Shown here one piece after another: positions 8,907-19,238 of a DNA stretch of 32,000 nucleotides (position 1 is the stretch's first letter; each line of letters starts with the position of its first letter). Made by a program: the position numbers and the translations under genes. Location: assembly GCF_020885515.1 (NCBI RefSeq), contig NZ_AP024987.1:600001-632000 (forward strand), written 5' to 3'. The notes under the pieces are model-generated. The model saw only the letters and a program-made list of their open reading frames with translations, had not been told where the DNA came from and did not search any database. The DNA is from a cyanobacterium endosymbiont of Braarudosphaera bigelowii. GTDB lineage: Bacteria > Cyanobacteriota > Cyanobacteriia > Cyanobacteriales > Microcystaceae.

Positions 8907-10862
8907 GTGAGGAAATTAAGAACTGTGTCGTTTAGAACTATTCGGCAAAAACAAAATGATAAAGAATCCTCGGCTGTTGATAATTCTTTTATTCGAGGGA
9001 CTTTTCGTATTGTCAAAAAAACTACTCTAGGACTTAGTCTACTAACAACTTCTATTGTTGCTGGGGGATTGGTAGGGTTGGCTATTAGTTTCCGAAACTT
9101 ACCTAATGTGCGTACTCTTAGTAACTACTCTCCATCAGAGACTAGCTATGTTTACGATATTAATGGTGAGCTAATATCTCGACTTCATGGTGAGGCAAAC
9201 CGTGAAGCTGTAGCATTTAAACAAATTTCACCTAATTTAAAACGTGCAGTTTTAGCAATTGAAGATAGCCATTTTTATTTACATCACGGAATTAATCCTA
9301 ATAGTATTGGAAGAGCTATATGGGTTAACTGGAAAAGCGGCGGAGTAGTAGAAGGTGCCTCGACATTAACTATGCAACTAGTTAAAAATATTTTTTTGAG
9401 CAGTGACCGGACTTTTAGTAGAAAGCTTTCCGAAGCAGTTTTAGCAATTCGTATAGAACAAGTATTCTCAAAAAATCAAATAATGGAAATGTACCTCAAT
9501 AATATTTACTGGGGACATAACAATTATGGTGTACAAACTGCAGCACAAAGCTATTTTAACAAACCTGCTGCTAAGTTGAGTTTACCCGAAGCAGCTTTAA
9601 TGGCGGGTCTAATTCAAGCTCCAGAAACACACAGTCCCTTTTTTGATTATAAGAAAGCAAAAAAAAGACAAAAAGTTGTGCTTGATCGTATGGCTGCTTT
9701 GGGATGGATTACTGAGAAAGAAGCGACAATAGCTTACAAAACATCTTTAAAAATTGGAAAACCAACTTCATGGCAAGCTAGTAAACTACCTTATGTCAGC
9801 GATACGGTAATGCAAGAACTGAAAGGTAAATTCAGTAAAGACATAATATTAAAAGGTGGAATGCGTATACAAACATCCATTAACTATATTACGCAACAAA
9901 AAGCTGAAAAGGCAGTTAAAGAAGGATATAAAAGATTAAGAAAACAAGGTATATCTGCTAGAGATCTTCAGATTGCCCTAGTAGCCATTGATCCTCGCAC
10001 TCATTTTATTAAAGCAATTGTTGGAGGAGTAAACTATAATACAAGCCAATTGAATCGAGCTACTCAATCTCGTCGTCAACCAGGTTCATCTTTTAAACCA
10101 TTTGTTTATTATACAGCGTTTGCTAGTGGGAAATTCACACCAAGTTCAGTAATTAATGACAGTCCCGTTAGTTATAAGGATGGGGCTGGACAGTTATATA
10201 GTCCTAAAAATTATGGGGGAAAATTTTCAGGAACTATGCCAATAAAGACTGCTTTAATGAAATCTCGTAATGTTCCTGCCGTAATTATTGGACAAAAGGT
10301 TGGGTTAAGAAAAATAATTGATGTTTGTCGTTTACTGGGCATAACTAGTCCCATGCGTCCTGTGATTTCTCTTCCTTTAGGGGCTGGAGACATTACGCCT
10401 TTGGAGATGGCTAACGCTTATGCAACTTTTGCTAGTAACGGTTGGTATGCTGACCCTACTATTATTCTTAAGGTTACTGATAGTAAGGGCAATATTTTGT
10501 TAGATAATACTCCTCAGCCATACTTTGTTCTTGATCCTTGGGCAACATCCTCTTTAACTAGTGTTTTACAAGAAGTAATTCAGAGAGGTACGGGGAGAGC
10601 AGCTAATATTGGTAGACCAGCAGCAGGAAAAACAGGAACTACAGATAATGAACGCAATGTTTGGTTTGTCGGTTATGTACCCCAACTAGCGACTGCTGTA
10701 TGGGTTGGTGATGATGCTAATCGGACTATGGGGAAAGGTATAACAGGAGGTGGCCATGCAGCACCTATATGGCGTAGTTTTATGCAAGAAGCTTTAAAAA
10801 ATGAACCAATTAAACAGTTTCATGCAGCTTCGAAGTTTTCTCGCCCTCAAGCTAAAAAATGA
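8907..10862 (+). CDS. Class A penicillin-binding protein (PBP1-type bifunctional peptidoglycan glycosyltransferase/transpeptidase)
   Basis: 651 aa. GT51 motifs EDSHFYLHHGIN and GASTLTMQL, and transpeptidase motifs SSFKP (SxxK), SRN (SxN) and KTGT. The ORF-track start is GTG at 8907. Another in-frame GTG at 8925 is possible, so the start is uncertain. Confidence 0.9.
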   Translation: MRKLRTVSFRTIRQKQNDKESSAVDNSFIRGTFRIVKKTTLGLSLLTTSIVAGGLVGLAISFRNLPNVRTLSNYSPSETSYVYDINGELISRLHGEANREAVAFKQISPNLKRAVLAIEDSHFYLHHGINPNSIGRAIWVNWKSGGVVEGASTLTMQLVKNIFLSSDRTFSRKLSEAVLAIRIEQVFSKNQIMEMYLNNIYWGHNNYGVQTAAQSYFNKPAAKLSLPEAALMAGLIQAPETHSPFFDYKKAKKRQKVVLDRMAALGWITEKEATIAYKTSLKIGKPTSWQASKLPYVSDTVMQELKGKFSKDIILKGGMRIQTSINYITQQKAEKAVKEGYKRLRKQGISARDLQIALVAIDPRTHFIKAIVGGVNYNTSQLNRATQSRRQPGSSFKPFVYYTAFASGKFTPSSVINDSPVSYKDGAGQLYSPKNYGGKFSGTMPIKTALMKSRNVPAVIIGQKVGLRKIIDVCRLLGITSPMRPVISLPLGAGDITPLEMANAYATFASNGWYADPTIILKVTDSKGNILLDNTPQPYFVLDPWATSSLTSVLQEVIQRGTGRAANIGRPAAGKTGTTDNERNVWFVGYVPQLATAVWVGDDANRTMGKGITGGGHAAPIWRSFMQEALKNEPIKQFHAASKFSRPQAKK

Positions 10863-11146
10863 AATTTATATTAATTTTATAATTAATGATCTTAATGAGT
10901 TTTGATTTATTTGAAAAAAAATATAATTAACTAAATCAGAAATACATAACTGAATAAATATAAATCTTATTAAGGAAAGTAGTCCTATTTATAAGTGATA
11001 GTAACTTTTTTTAAATGGTTAACTATATATTTGTTAGTATTTTTATTTTTAGACAGCTAAACTTTAATACAATAAAAGTTATGTACATTATATTAATATT
11101 CCTTAAAACTAAAATACTTTTTTTGTTGTTTAACTAATTTTAAATT

Positions 11147-13768
11147 ATGTCTTTCGTTGGTTTACATATACATAGTGATTATAGTTTACTTGATGGAGCA
11201 TCTCAGTTAGATTCTCTGGTTGATCGTGCTATTGAATTAGGTATGCCTGCAATAGCTTTGACTGATCATGGAGTTATGTATGGAGCGATTGAATTAATTA
11301 AAGTTTGTAAAAGTAAAAATATTAAGCCCATTATTGGAAATGAAATGTATGTCATAAACGGAGATATTAAAGAAAAAAAACGATATAAGAAGTATCATCA
11401 AGTTGTTTTAGCTAAAAATACACAAGGGTATAAAAATTTATCAAAGCTTACTACGATTTCTCACCTTCAAGGAATACAAGGTAAAGGAATTTTTTCACGT
11501 CCTTGTATAAATAAAGAATTATTAGAAAAGTATCACGAAGGATTAATAGTAACTAGTGCTTGTTTAGGAGGAGAAATACCTCAAAAAATCTTAATAGGAG
11601 ATCTTCAAGGTGCAAGAGAAGTAGCTCAATGGTACAAAAAATTGTTTGCGGATGATTTCTACCTGGAAATCCAAGATCATGGTTCTACAGAAGATAGAGT
11701 TGTAAATGTTGTAATTAGTAAAATTGCTCAGGATTTAGATATTAAAATTGTAGCTACTAATGATTCCCACTTTATTTCTTGCTATGATGTTGAAGCACAC
11801 GATGCTTTATTGTGCATTCAAACTGGAAAACTAATTTCTGATGAAAAAAGATTAAGATATAGTGGAACTGAATATTTAAAGTCTACTGATGAGATGAAAT
11901 TACTTTTTCGTGATCATCTTTCTGATGATCTTATAGAAAAAGCAATTAACAATACTCTAGAAGTTGCCAATAAAGTTGATACTTATCATATTTTGGGAGA
12001 GCCACGCATCCCTAATTATCAAGTTCCTGTAGGGTATAACCTTAACAGTTATGTAAGAGAGCTTAGCTTACAAGGATTGTTAGAAAGATTAGAGTGTAAG
12101 TCTATAAAAGAAGTTTCAATAGAATATAAAGAGCGTTTAGAGTATGAATTGAATATGCTTGAAAAAATGGGATTTTCAAGTTATTTTTTAGTAGTTTGGG
12201 ATTATATTAAATATGCAAGAGATAATAAAATTCCTGTAGGTCCAGGAAGAGGATCTGCCGCAGGTTCTTTAGTAGCTTATTCTTTAAAAATTACAAATAT
12301 TGATCCTATTTATCATGGTCTACTTTTTGAAAGATTTTTAAATCCTGAAAGAAAATCTATGCCCGATGTTGATACAGATTTTTGTATTGAAAAACGCGAT
12401 GAAATGATTAAATATGTAACACAAAAATATGGCGAGAAAAATGTTGCCCAAATTATTACATTTAATCGTATGACTTCTAAAGCTGTTTTAAAAGATGTAG
12501 CAAGGGTTTTAAACATTCCATATTCTGAATCAGATAAAATGACTAAAATGATTCCTGTTACAAGGGGTAAACCAGCTAAATTAAAGGTAATGGTTTCCAA
12601 TGAGACTCCTTCTCAAGAATTTAAAGATAAATATGATCAAGATCCAATAGTTAGACGATGGCTAGATATGGCTATTCGTATTGAGGGTACTAATAAGACA
12701 TTTGGAGTTCATGCAGCAGGAGTGGTAATTTCTTCAGAACCTTTGGATGAAATCGTTCCATTGCAAAAAAATAATGATGGAGCCGTAATAACACAGTATT
12801 ACATGGAAGATTTAGAATCATTAGGCCTATTAAAAATGGATTTCTTAGGATTAAGAAATTTAACAACAATCCAACGAACCACGGAACTGATTGAAAAAAG
12901 TCAGAATATTAAATTAGATTTAGATCAGTTACCTATTGATGAAAGGGAATCTTTAAGAATACTGAGTCAAGGAAAAATTACAAAATTGCCTGCTGACATT
13001 GAGAAAACTCATAAATTATTGGAGAGAGGTGACTTAGAAGGCATTTTTCAATTAGAGTCTTCAGGAATGAAGCAAATAGTAAAAGATTTAAAACCGTCAA
13101 GGATAGAAGATATATCTTCTATCCTTGCTTTATATCGTCCTGGACCACTAGATGCAGGGTTGATTCCAAAATTTATTAATCGTAAACATGGCAGAGAAAC
13201 AATTAAATATGAACATGAACTTTTAGAGCCTATTTTAAAAGAAACTTATGCTGTTTTAGTTTATCAGGAGCAAATTATGACGATGGCGCAAAATTTAGCT
13301 GGATATTCTCTTGGGGAAGCAGATCTGTTACGTCGAGCCATGGGTAAGAAAAAGGCATCAGAGATGGAAAAACATCAACAGAATTTTATCAATGGAGCAG
13401 TTGAAAATGGCGTTCCTCAAGCTGTTGCAGAAAATTTGTTTCAACAAATGGTAAAGTTTGCTGAATATTGTCTTAGTTATGATACAAAAGTTCTAACTGT
13501 TGAATATGGACCATTATCTATTGGAAAAGTAGTACAAGAAAATATTAGATGTAGAGTTTATACTACTAATGATCAAGGACTTATCTATACTCAGCCAATT
13601 GCTCAATGGCATAACAGAGGAAAACAAGAAATTTTCGAGTACCATCTCGATGATAAAACAATTATTCGAGCGACTAAAGAACATCAGTTTATGACTGTTG
13701 ACCACGTTATGATGCCTATTGATGAAATTTTTGAACAAGGATTAGAATTAAAAAAAATTAAACTATAA
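11147..13768 (+). CDS. dnaE: DNA polymerase III alpha subunit, N-terminal split fragment (DnaE-N: 774-aa N-extein plus 99-aa split-intein N-fragment)
   Basis: 873 aa. PHP domain [17 protein letters not shown], then polymerase core motifs ([33 protein letters not shown]). The protein ends abruptly after FAEY|[20 protein letters not shown]. The beta-binding, OB-fold and C-terminal regions of DnaE are absent. Confidence 0.93.
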   Translation: MSFVGLHIHSDYSLLDGASQLDSLVDRAIELGMPAIALTDHGVMYGAIELIKVCKSKNIKPIIGNEMYVINGDIKEKKRYKKYHQVVLAKNTQGYKNLSKLTTISHLQGIQGKGIFSRPCINKELLEKYHEGLIVTSACLGGEIPQKILIGDLQGAREVAQWYKKLFADDFYLEIQDHGSTEDRVVNVVISKIAQDLDIKIVATNDSHFISCYDVEAHDALLCIQTGKLISDEKRLRYSGTEYLKSTDEMKLLFRDHLSDDLIEKAINNTLEVANKVDTYHILGEPRIPNYQVPVGYNLNSYVRELSLQGLLERLECKSIKEVSIEYKERLEYELNMLEKMGFSSYFLVVWDYIKYARDNKIPVGPGRGSAAGSLVAYSLKITNIDPIYHGLLFERFLNPERKSMPDVDTDFCIEKRDEMIKYVTQKYGEKNVAQIITFNRMTSKAVLKDVARVLNIPYSESDKMTKMIPVTRGKPAKLKVMVSNETPSQEFKDKYDQDPIVRRWLDMAIRIEGTNKTFGVHAAGVVISSEPLDEIVPLQKNNDGAVITQYYMEDLESLGLLKMDFLGLRNLTTIQRTTELIEKSQNIKLDLDQLPIDERESLRILSQGKITKLPADIEKTHKLLERGDLEGIFQLESSGMKQIVKDLKPSRIEDISSILALYRPGPLDAGLIPKFINRKHGRETIKYEHELLEPILKETYAVLVYQEQIMTMAQNLAGYSLGEADLLRRAMGKKKASEMEKHQQNFINGAVENGVPQAVAENLFQQMVKFAEYCLSYDTKVLTVEYGPLSIGKVVQENIRCRVYTTNDQGLIYTQPIAQWHNRGKQEIFEYHLDDKTIIRATKEHQFMTVDHVMMPIDEIFEQGLELKKIKL
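13469..13765 (+). other. DnaE split-intein N-fragment (IntN, 99 aa)
   Basis: Cys1 codon tgt at 13469..13471, which is residue 775 of the [102 protein letters not shown] aligns by eye with the Npu/Ssp DnaE IntN sequences. The block B TxxH motif is present as TKEH. A stop codon follows at 13766..13768. Confidence 0.9.
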
Positions 13769-13806
13769 AAAGAAAATAAACTAGCACCAAAAATGTGGTC
13801 AAGTAA

Positions 13807-13850
13807 TATGTTTAAAAATATAAATTAATTGTTTTTATATTTTAAACATA
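13807..13850. terminator. AT-rich imperfect hairpin between convergent dnaE-N and sds; possible bidirectional terminator
   Basis: tatgtttaaaa(a)tataaa pairs with tttatattttaaacata: 11+6 bp with a one-base bulge and a 9-nt loop. Only one G:C pair and no clear U-tract. Confidence 0.3.
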
Positions 13851-13869
13851 AGTAACAACTAGATAAATA

Positions 13870-14841
13870 TTAATAAAGCCTGTTTAGCACATAGTTAACA
13901 AGTTCAGTTAGAGATTGAGAAAATGGTGATGGCTTGAGATAGTCTAACTGTTCAATAGCTAATTGAGCATAATAACCTGCTAATTCTTGTGAACGTTTAA
14001 TTCCTTTACTTTCAGTTACTATCGATAAAGCCTTTTCTATATCTTGTTCTTGATTAAACTCTCTTTTAATAAGTTTTGCCAAGTATGGTGTTTCTTCCAT
14101 CGCAAATAAAGCCGGAGCAGTTATATTGCCATTAATCAAGTCTGAGCCTGCAGGTTTTCCCAATATCTTTGTTGGTGAAGTAAAATCGAGAATATCATCA
14201 ACAATTTGGAAAGCTAGTCCTAAACATCTTCCGTAAGTATAAATACTATTAGTAATATCTGGAGAAGAGTTACTTAAAATAGTTGCAGATTTAGCACTAT
14301 TAGCAATTAAGGAGGCTGTTTTATAATAACTTTTATCCAAGTATGAATCTAAAGTTAAACTTGTATCAAAACGTTTAATTCCTTGAGAAATTTCACCTTC
14401 TGCAAAATCACGAATAACTTCAGAAAGTAATTTTACTACTTGTAAATTATCTAAATTAGCTAAATACCAGGAAGATTGAGCGAACAGAAAATCTCCTGCA
14501 AGGACAGCAATTCGATTATCGAAAAGACTATTTACTGTAGGAACATTGCGTCGCAATACTGCTTCATCTACTATGTCATCATGAACTAGACTTGCAGTAT
14601 GAATCATTTCAGTTATTTCTGCAAGTCGACGATGATGAGGAGTAATATCACCTTCTAACATGGTTGCCTTAGAAACTAACAATACAATAGCAGGACGAAT
14701 ATGCTTACCTCCAGCATCAAACAGATGTTCTGCTGCTGCACTAAGGATAGGATGGCGTGTTCCAACTAAACTCTTTAAATTATTTCTTAAAAGGTTTAAA
14801 TCGTCCTCTACGGGAGAAAAGAGAGAATTTTTTGATATCAT
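13870..14841 (-). CDS. sds: All-trans-nonaprenyl (solanesyl) diphosphate synthase, plastoquinone side-chain synthesis
   Basis: 323 aa trans-prenyltransferase. First DDxxD in LVHDDIVDE and second DDxxD in QIVDDILDF. Length and sequence are typical of cyanobacterial solanesyl-PP synthases. The chain-length assignment rests on family knowledge. Confidence 0.85.
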   Translation of the reverse strand: MISKNSLFSPVEDDLNLLRNNLKSLVGTRHPILSAAAEHLFDAGGKHIRPAIVLLVSKATMLEGDITPHHRRLAEITEMIHTASLVHDDIVDEAVLRRNVPTVNSLFDNRIAVLAGDFLFAQSSWYLANLDNLQVVKLLSEVIRDFAEGEISQGIKRFDTSLTLDSYLDKSYYKTASLIANSAKSATILSNSSPDITNSIYTYGRCLGLAFQIVDDILDFTSPTKILGKPAGSDLINGNITAPALFAMEETPYLAKLIKREFNQEQDIEKALSIVTESKGIKRSQELAGYYAQLAIEQLDYLKPSPFSQSLTELVNYVLNRLY

Positions 14842-15095
14842 ACGGTTAGCTAAACCTGATTATTCAGTCATGAAATTTTACATACCGCTATATTTATTTT
14901 AAGCTAACCTTTCCACACTAGGAAGCCCTGTATTTTTTTTTTGATAAAAATAATATTAAATATTTGAAAAAACTTATCTTAGTTAAGAAAATTATTTACT
15001 AAAGTGCTTTTACAATAATTTACTAATAAAAACTTCAGCAATTTAATTTACATGGAAAGTTATACTATATATAAAGTACCAAAAGCAGTATAAAA

Positions 15096-15947
15096 TTAGT
15101 TTTTTTGGTCCATCTTATTGCTAATTATTAATTCCTGAAGATTTCTACTTAATGAGATAAAATCAACTAAGGGATAATAACCTAACCATTTTTTGGACAG
15201 GTGAGAAAAGTTTTTTGGAGAACCAGTTACTACAAACCTTACACTAAAATAAGAGTTGTTACCTCGTAAGCTCATTATTTCTAATTCTTTCTTTACTGAT
15301 TGAGCTACATAATATGCGGGATCTATTAACTCAATTTTATAAGGAATAATATTTTTAATTATTTCTTCTAAATGTTTATAATGAGTGCAACCATATATAA
15401 GAGTATCAATATTTTTTTCTAATAAAGGATTAATATATTTTTTAAGAGTTTTTTGTGTATGAAAATCATGAATTTTATCACGCTCAATTAGAGGAACAAG
15501 TTCAGGACATCCTATTTGCCATACTTTTATATCAGGATTGATTTCTTGAATGGCTTGGCGATAGGAATCACTTTTAGCAGTTGCAAGAGTTGATATAACT
15601 CCAACACTCCGCCCATATTTTGCAGCTGCTCTGGCTCCAGGTAAAACTACTCCTAAAATTGGAAAACTAAATTCTTTACGAACAGCTTCTAAGGCTAGAG
15701 CAGAACTAGTATTGCAAGCCATAATAGCTATTTTTACTTTACTATGACTCATCCAAGTTAGAATTTCTCTAACAAATTGCAATATTTCAGTTGAAGAACG
15801 GTTTCCATAAGGAAGTCTAGCGTTATCAGCAAAATATAAAATTGATTCCTGAGGTAGTAGTTTATGAATCTCTTGAAAGACAGTTAATCCTCCTACGCCA
15901 CTATCAAAAATTCCAATTGGACAATTATTCACTGTTCTCATCTGCAA
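15096..15947 (-). CDS. murI: Glutamate racemase
   Basis: 283 aa. IGIFDSGVGGLTV, catalytic Cys motifs MACNTSSA and YGCTHY. Confidence 0.92.
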   Translation of the reverse strand: MQMRTVNNCPIGIFDSGVGGLTVFQEIHKLLPQESILYFADNARLPYGNRSSTEILQFVREILTWMSHSKVKIAIMACNTSSALALEAVRKEFSFPILGVVLPGARAAAKYGRSVGVISTLATAKSDSYRQAIQEINPDIKVWQIGCPELVPLIERDKIHDFHTQKTLKKYINPLLEKNIDTLIYGCTHYKHLEEIIKNIIPYKIELIDPAYYVAQSVKKELEIMSLRGNNSYFSVRFVVTGSPKNFSHLSKKWLGYYPLVDFISLSRNLQELIISNKMDQKN

Positions 15948-16248
15948 TTATTTTATAAAAAATTCTTTAATGATCAAAAATAGTATTATATTCAAGCAAA
16001 TTATGTTGTGCAAAAGAGAATTATTAAAGTTTTTGTTATTAAGGTTAATTTAAGAGTCCTGATAAAGATATTTTAATATTATTATTTATAATCTTAAAAT
16101 ATTTGTTAACTAACCAACTTCTAGTAAATCAGAGAGGTTGGTATTTTAAAATTTCTTAGTAAGTGAAATAAATATTTTTTATTTTAATGTGTAGTTAAGA
16201 ATATTAGAATCACACGCCATATCATTTTAGATCTCTTTTGAACTTAGA

Positions 16249-17640
16249 TTAAGTAATCTTTTGTTTTTGAGGAGTGAAAAAAGGTTCTTTTAAAATACTT
16301 CTAAGAAGAAGAGGCGCTAAAAAAGTTGTAAAAATAACCATCACAATAATTGATGCTTCTATAGGTTTAGACAATACACCACTAGCTGAGCCAACGCCTA
16401 CAAAAACTAGACCAACCTCACCCCTAGGAATCATCCCTACACCAATAGCAAGTTTATTAAGTTCAGATTGACCAATAATAGTAAATCCAGAAATAACCTT
16501 CCCTATAACAGCTACAAGTATTAAAAATCCAGCTAAGACTAATCCTTCTCTATTACTGGGATCAGTAGGATTTAGAACACTTAAATCTGTTTTGGCTCCT
16601 ACACATACAAAAAATATAGGAACAAAAATATCAGAGATAGGAGCTATTAAATCTTGAAGTTCTTTACGTTTTTCTGTTTCTGCCAAAACTAATCCTGCAG
16701 CAAAAGAACCAAGTATAGTTTCTAAGTGAATTATTTGAGCTATATAAGATAGTACAAAAGCAAAGCATAAAGATATTAATAAAAGCTGACCTCTGGTTTT
16801 CATCTTATTAACTAACTTAACGTATACTGGGTGTAACAGACGACCTATAAAAATTGCTCCAATTAAAAATACAGCTGCAGTAAGAGATAAATAAACAATA
16901 TTCAGAACTTCAACTTGTCCTGTTTTCATTAAACTTGCTACTACTGCTAAAACAATGATGCCTAAAATATCATCTAAAACAGCTGCTCCGATTATAATTT
17001 GTCCTTCTGGAGAGCTAAGATTACCCAGTTCAGCCAAAACTTTAGCTGTAATTCCAATACTGGTAGCCGTTAATGCTGCACCAGCAAAAATAGAGGGGAT
17101 TATATCAATATGAAATAAGTAAGTTAAACCTAAGGTCCCTAACATAAACGGAGTAACTACACCAGCTACTGCAACCATTACTGACTGAGGACCAACACTA
17201 ATTAATTCTTTTAAATTAGATTCTAAACCAATCTCAAATAAAAGAATAATAACGCCAAGTTCTGAAAGAATTGAGATGATTTCACCTTGAGAATCAAAAA
17301 TAGACTGTATATTTCCAGGAGTGACATCAGCTGTAAATTGCAAAAACTTCATAATTAATGAATTATTTGCAGTATTCATACCTTCTGGAAAAACCAGTAA
17401 TCCTAAAATAGATGTTCCTATTATTACCCCTCCAACTAATTCTCCCAAGACAGGAGGAAGATCGATGCGGGCACAAATTTCACCTCCTAATTTGCTTGCA
17501 AAATAAATTATTACTAGACTAAGCAATATACTAGCTAAAACAAGAGAAGTATCGGCATCTGTATGCTCTGGTATTGTTGCGAATAAAGAAAAATAAAAAT
17601 TGTAATCTATAAAATTTAAAACTGAATTCAATATATCCAT
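16249..17640 (-). CDS. Cation:proton antiporter (CPA2 family, Na+/H+ exchanger-type, NhaS-like), no C-terminal regulatory domain
   Basis: 463 aa and almost entirely transmembrane. Glycine-rich helices (GELVGGVIIG, GLESNLKEL, GMIPRGEVGLVF) are typical of the Na_H_Exchanger fold. Confidence 0.8.
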   Translation of the reverse strand: MDILNSVLNFIDYNFYFSLFATIPEHTDADTSLVLASILLSLVIIYFASKLGGEICARIDLPPVLGELVGGVIIGTSILGLLVFPEGMNTANNSLIMKFLQFTADVTPGNIQSIFDSQGEIISILSELGVIILLFEIGLESNLKELISVGPQSVMVAVAGVVTPFMLGTLGLTYLFHIDIIPSIFAGAALTATSIGITAKVLAELGNLSSPEGQIIIGAAVLDDILGIIVLAVVASLMKTGQVEVLNIVYLSLTAAVFLIGAIFIGRLLHPVYVKLVNKMKTRGQLLLISLCFAFVLSYIAQIIHLETILGSFAAGLVLAETEKRKELQDLIAPISDIFVPIFFVCVGAKTDLSVLNPTDPSNREGLVLAGFLILVAVIGKVISGFTIIGQSELNKLAIGVGMIPRGEVGLVFVGVGSASGVLSKPIEASIIVMVIFTTFLAPLLLRSILKEPFFTPQKQKIT

Positions 17641-17821
17641 ACAAATCTATGTTTATCTAAAAAATAGCTATATTTGATAATAATCTAAGTAAAATAACTT
17701 TTATATACTTTAAATGCCACCTTAATTTTTAAATATTCAACCGTATGCTAAATATTTAAAATTTGAAAACTTTTTTGTATCTTAAGCTAAAAGCATCATT
17801 GAAGAAATAATATACTATCAT

Positions 17822-17864
17822 TGTATTACCTAATACAAAAAACATATTGAATTAATTTTAAAAA
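17822..17864 (+). promoter_or_regulatory. Candidate NtcA-type (class II) promoter: TGTA-N8-TACA followed 22 nt later by TAAAAT
   Basis: TGTA 17822..17825, N8 ttacctaa, TACA 17834..17837. TAN3T (taaaat) lies at 17859..17864, so the layout is GTA-N8-TAC-N22-TAN3T. It sits in the 528-bp divergent spacer between the antiporter and glk. About one full TGTA-N8-TACA match is expected by chance per window at this composition. Confidence 0.25.
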
Positions 17865-18168
17865 TTAATATTTAAAATTACTTATATTCTTGAACAGAGA
17901 AGAAGAAATAAATTTATTTTGCTATTAATATAATATTGTTAACTTTCTTTAATACATTTTAAATTATTTTCCAAGACAGCAAGATAGTAAGACTTTACTT
18001 TTAAGTACCTTACTCTTGATATGAAAAACAGAGGAATTAACAAATAAGCTGGTTAATAACTTACAATTAGTTTATTATGTAGGACTATTGAATTATAAAC
18101 CACAATCATTTTACATAATAACCAGTTCTTATTAAACTAAGGAAAGTATAAAAAAGGTTAAATTCATT

Positions 18169-19212
18169 ATGGCCCTATTACTTGCTGGAGATATCGGCGG
18201 AACCAAAACGATTTTAAGTTTAGTTAACTCAGAAAATGTTCAAAATGGTCAAAAATTACCCCAGCAAAAAAGCTTATATGAAAAAACATATCCTAGTCAA
18301 GAATTTACAGATCTTGTACCAATTGTAAAACACTTTTGTGAAGAGGCGAAACTTCAACTAAATTCAGAAATACTAGTAAAAAATGCTTGTTTTGGGATTG
18401 CCGGCCCAGTAATTAGTAATACCTCAAAGCTAACTAATTTAAATTGGTTTTTAACTAGTAATCGTTTAGAGAAAGAACTTTTTATAGATAAGGTTGATTT
18501 AATTAATGATTTTGTAGCTATTAGCTATGGTATTTTAGGTCTAAAAAATGAAGATCTATATACTTTACAGGATGTTGAACCGAGATCTAAATCTCCTATC
18601 GCTGTTTTAGGAGCAGGTACAGGATTAGGGGAAGGATTTTTAATACCTTCGGAAAATGGAAAGTATTTGGCTTTCCCCTCTGAAGGTTCTCATGCGGATT
18701 TTGCACCACACAATAATTTAGGATTCGAATTATCAACGTATATAAAAGAAAAATACAACTTATCGAGAATATCAGTTGAGAGAGTGGTTTCTGGAATAGG
18801 AATTAGTACAATATACCAGTTCTTACGTCAAAAATACCCTGAAAAAGAAACAGAAACAATGAAGGTAGCTTATCAGGCTTGGGAACTTAAAAAAACTATT
18901 AATATCTCAGCAACTATATCTAAATCTGCAATAGAGGATCATGATTTTTTATGTCAGCAAGCAATGAAACTCTTTATCGAATCCTATGGTTCAGAAGCAG
19001 GCAACCTTGCTTTAAAGTTGTTGCCATATGGCGGATTATACGTTGCAGGAGGAATAGCTGCAAAAATATTACCTTTGATGAAAAGTGAGACTTTTATAGA
19101 TTCGTTTAAATCTAAAGGAAGAATGAGTTCTCTCTTATCTGAAATTCCTGTACATATAATATTAAACCCAAAAGTTGGTTTAATTGGTGCTGCATTACAT
19201 GCAGCACAGTAA
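18169..19212 (+). CDS. glk: Glucokinase
   Basis: 347 aa. N-terminal ATP-binding [11 protein letters not shown], then LGAGTGLG and [10 protein letters not shown], typical of the Glk family. Confidence 0.9.
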   Translation: MALLLAGDIGGTKTILSLVNSENVQNGQKLPQQKSLYEKTYPSQEFTDLVPIVKHFCEEAKLQLNSEILVKNACFGIAGPVISNTSKLTNLNWFLTSNRLEKELFIDKVDLINDFVAISYGILGLKNEDLYTLQDVEPRSKSPIAVLGAGTGLGEGFLIPSENGKYLAFPSEGSHADFAPHNNLGFELSTYIKEKYNLSRISVERVVSGIGISTIYQFLRQKYPEKETETMKVAYQAWELKKTINISATISKSAIEDHDFLCQQAMKLFIESYGSEAGNLALKLLPYGGLYVAGGIAAKILPLMKSETFIDSFKSKGRMSSLLSEIPVHIILNPKVGLIGAALHAAQ

Positions 19213-19238
19213 AAAATCTAATTTACTTTTCACAATTT

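Noticed and set aside
8901-8917. Minus-strand TTTCCTCACACAAAG, resembling the conserved CCUCACAC core of the cyanobacterial sRNA Yfr1
   Set aside because: Only 8 of the 11 motif bases match. The flanking 5' and 3' stem-loops expected for Yfr1 are not present. The sequence overlaps the PBP GTG start region (GTG AGG AAA).
11015-11137. 40-aa hydrophobic ORF (MVNYIFVSIFIFRQLNFNTIKVMYIILIFLKTKILFLLFN) ending 10 nt before dnaE
   Set aside because: The hydrophobicity is explained by the T-rich spacer. There is no ribosome-binding context and no similarity to small photosystem, cytochrome or ribosomal proteins I know.
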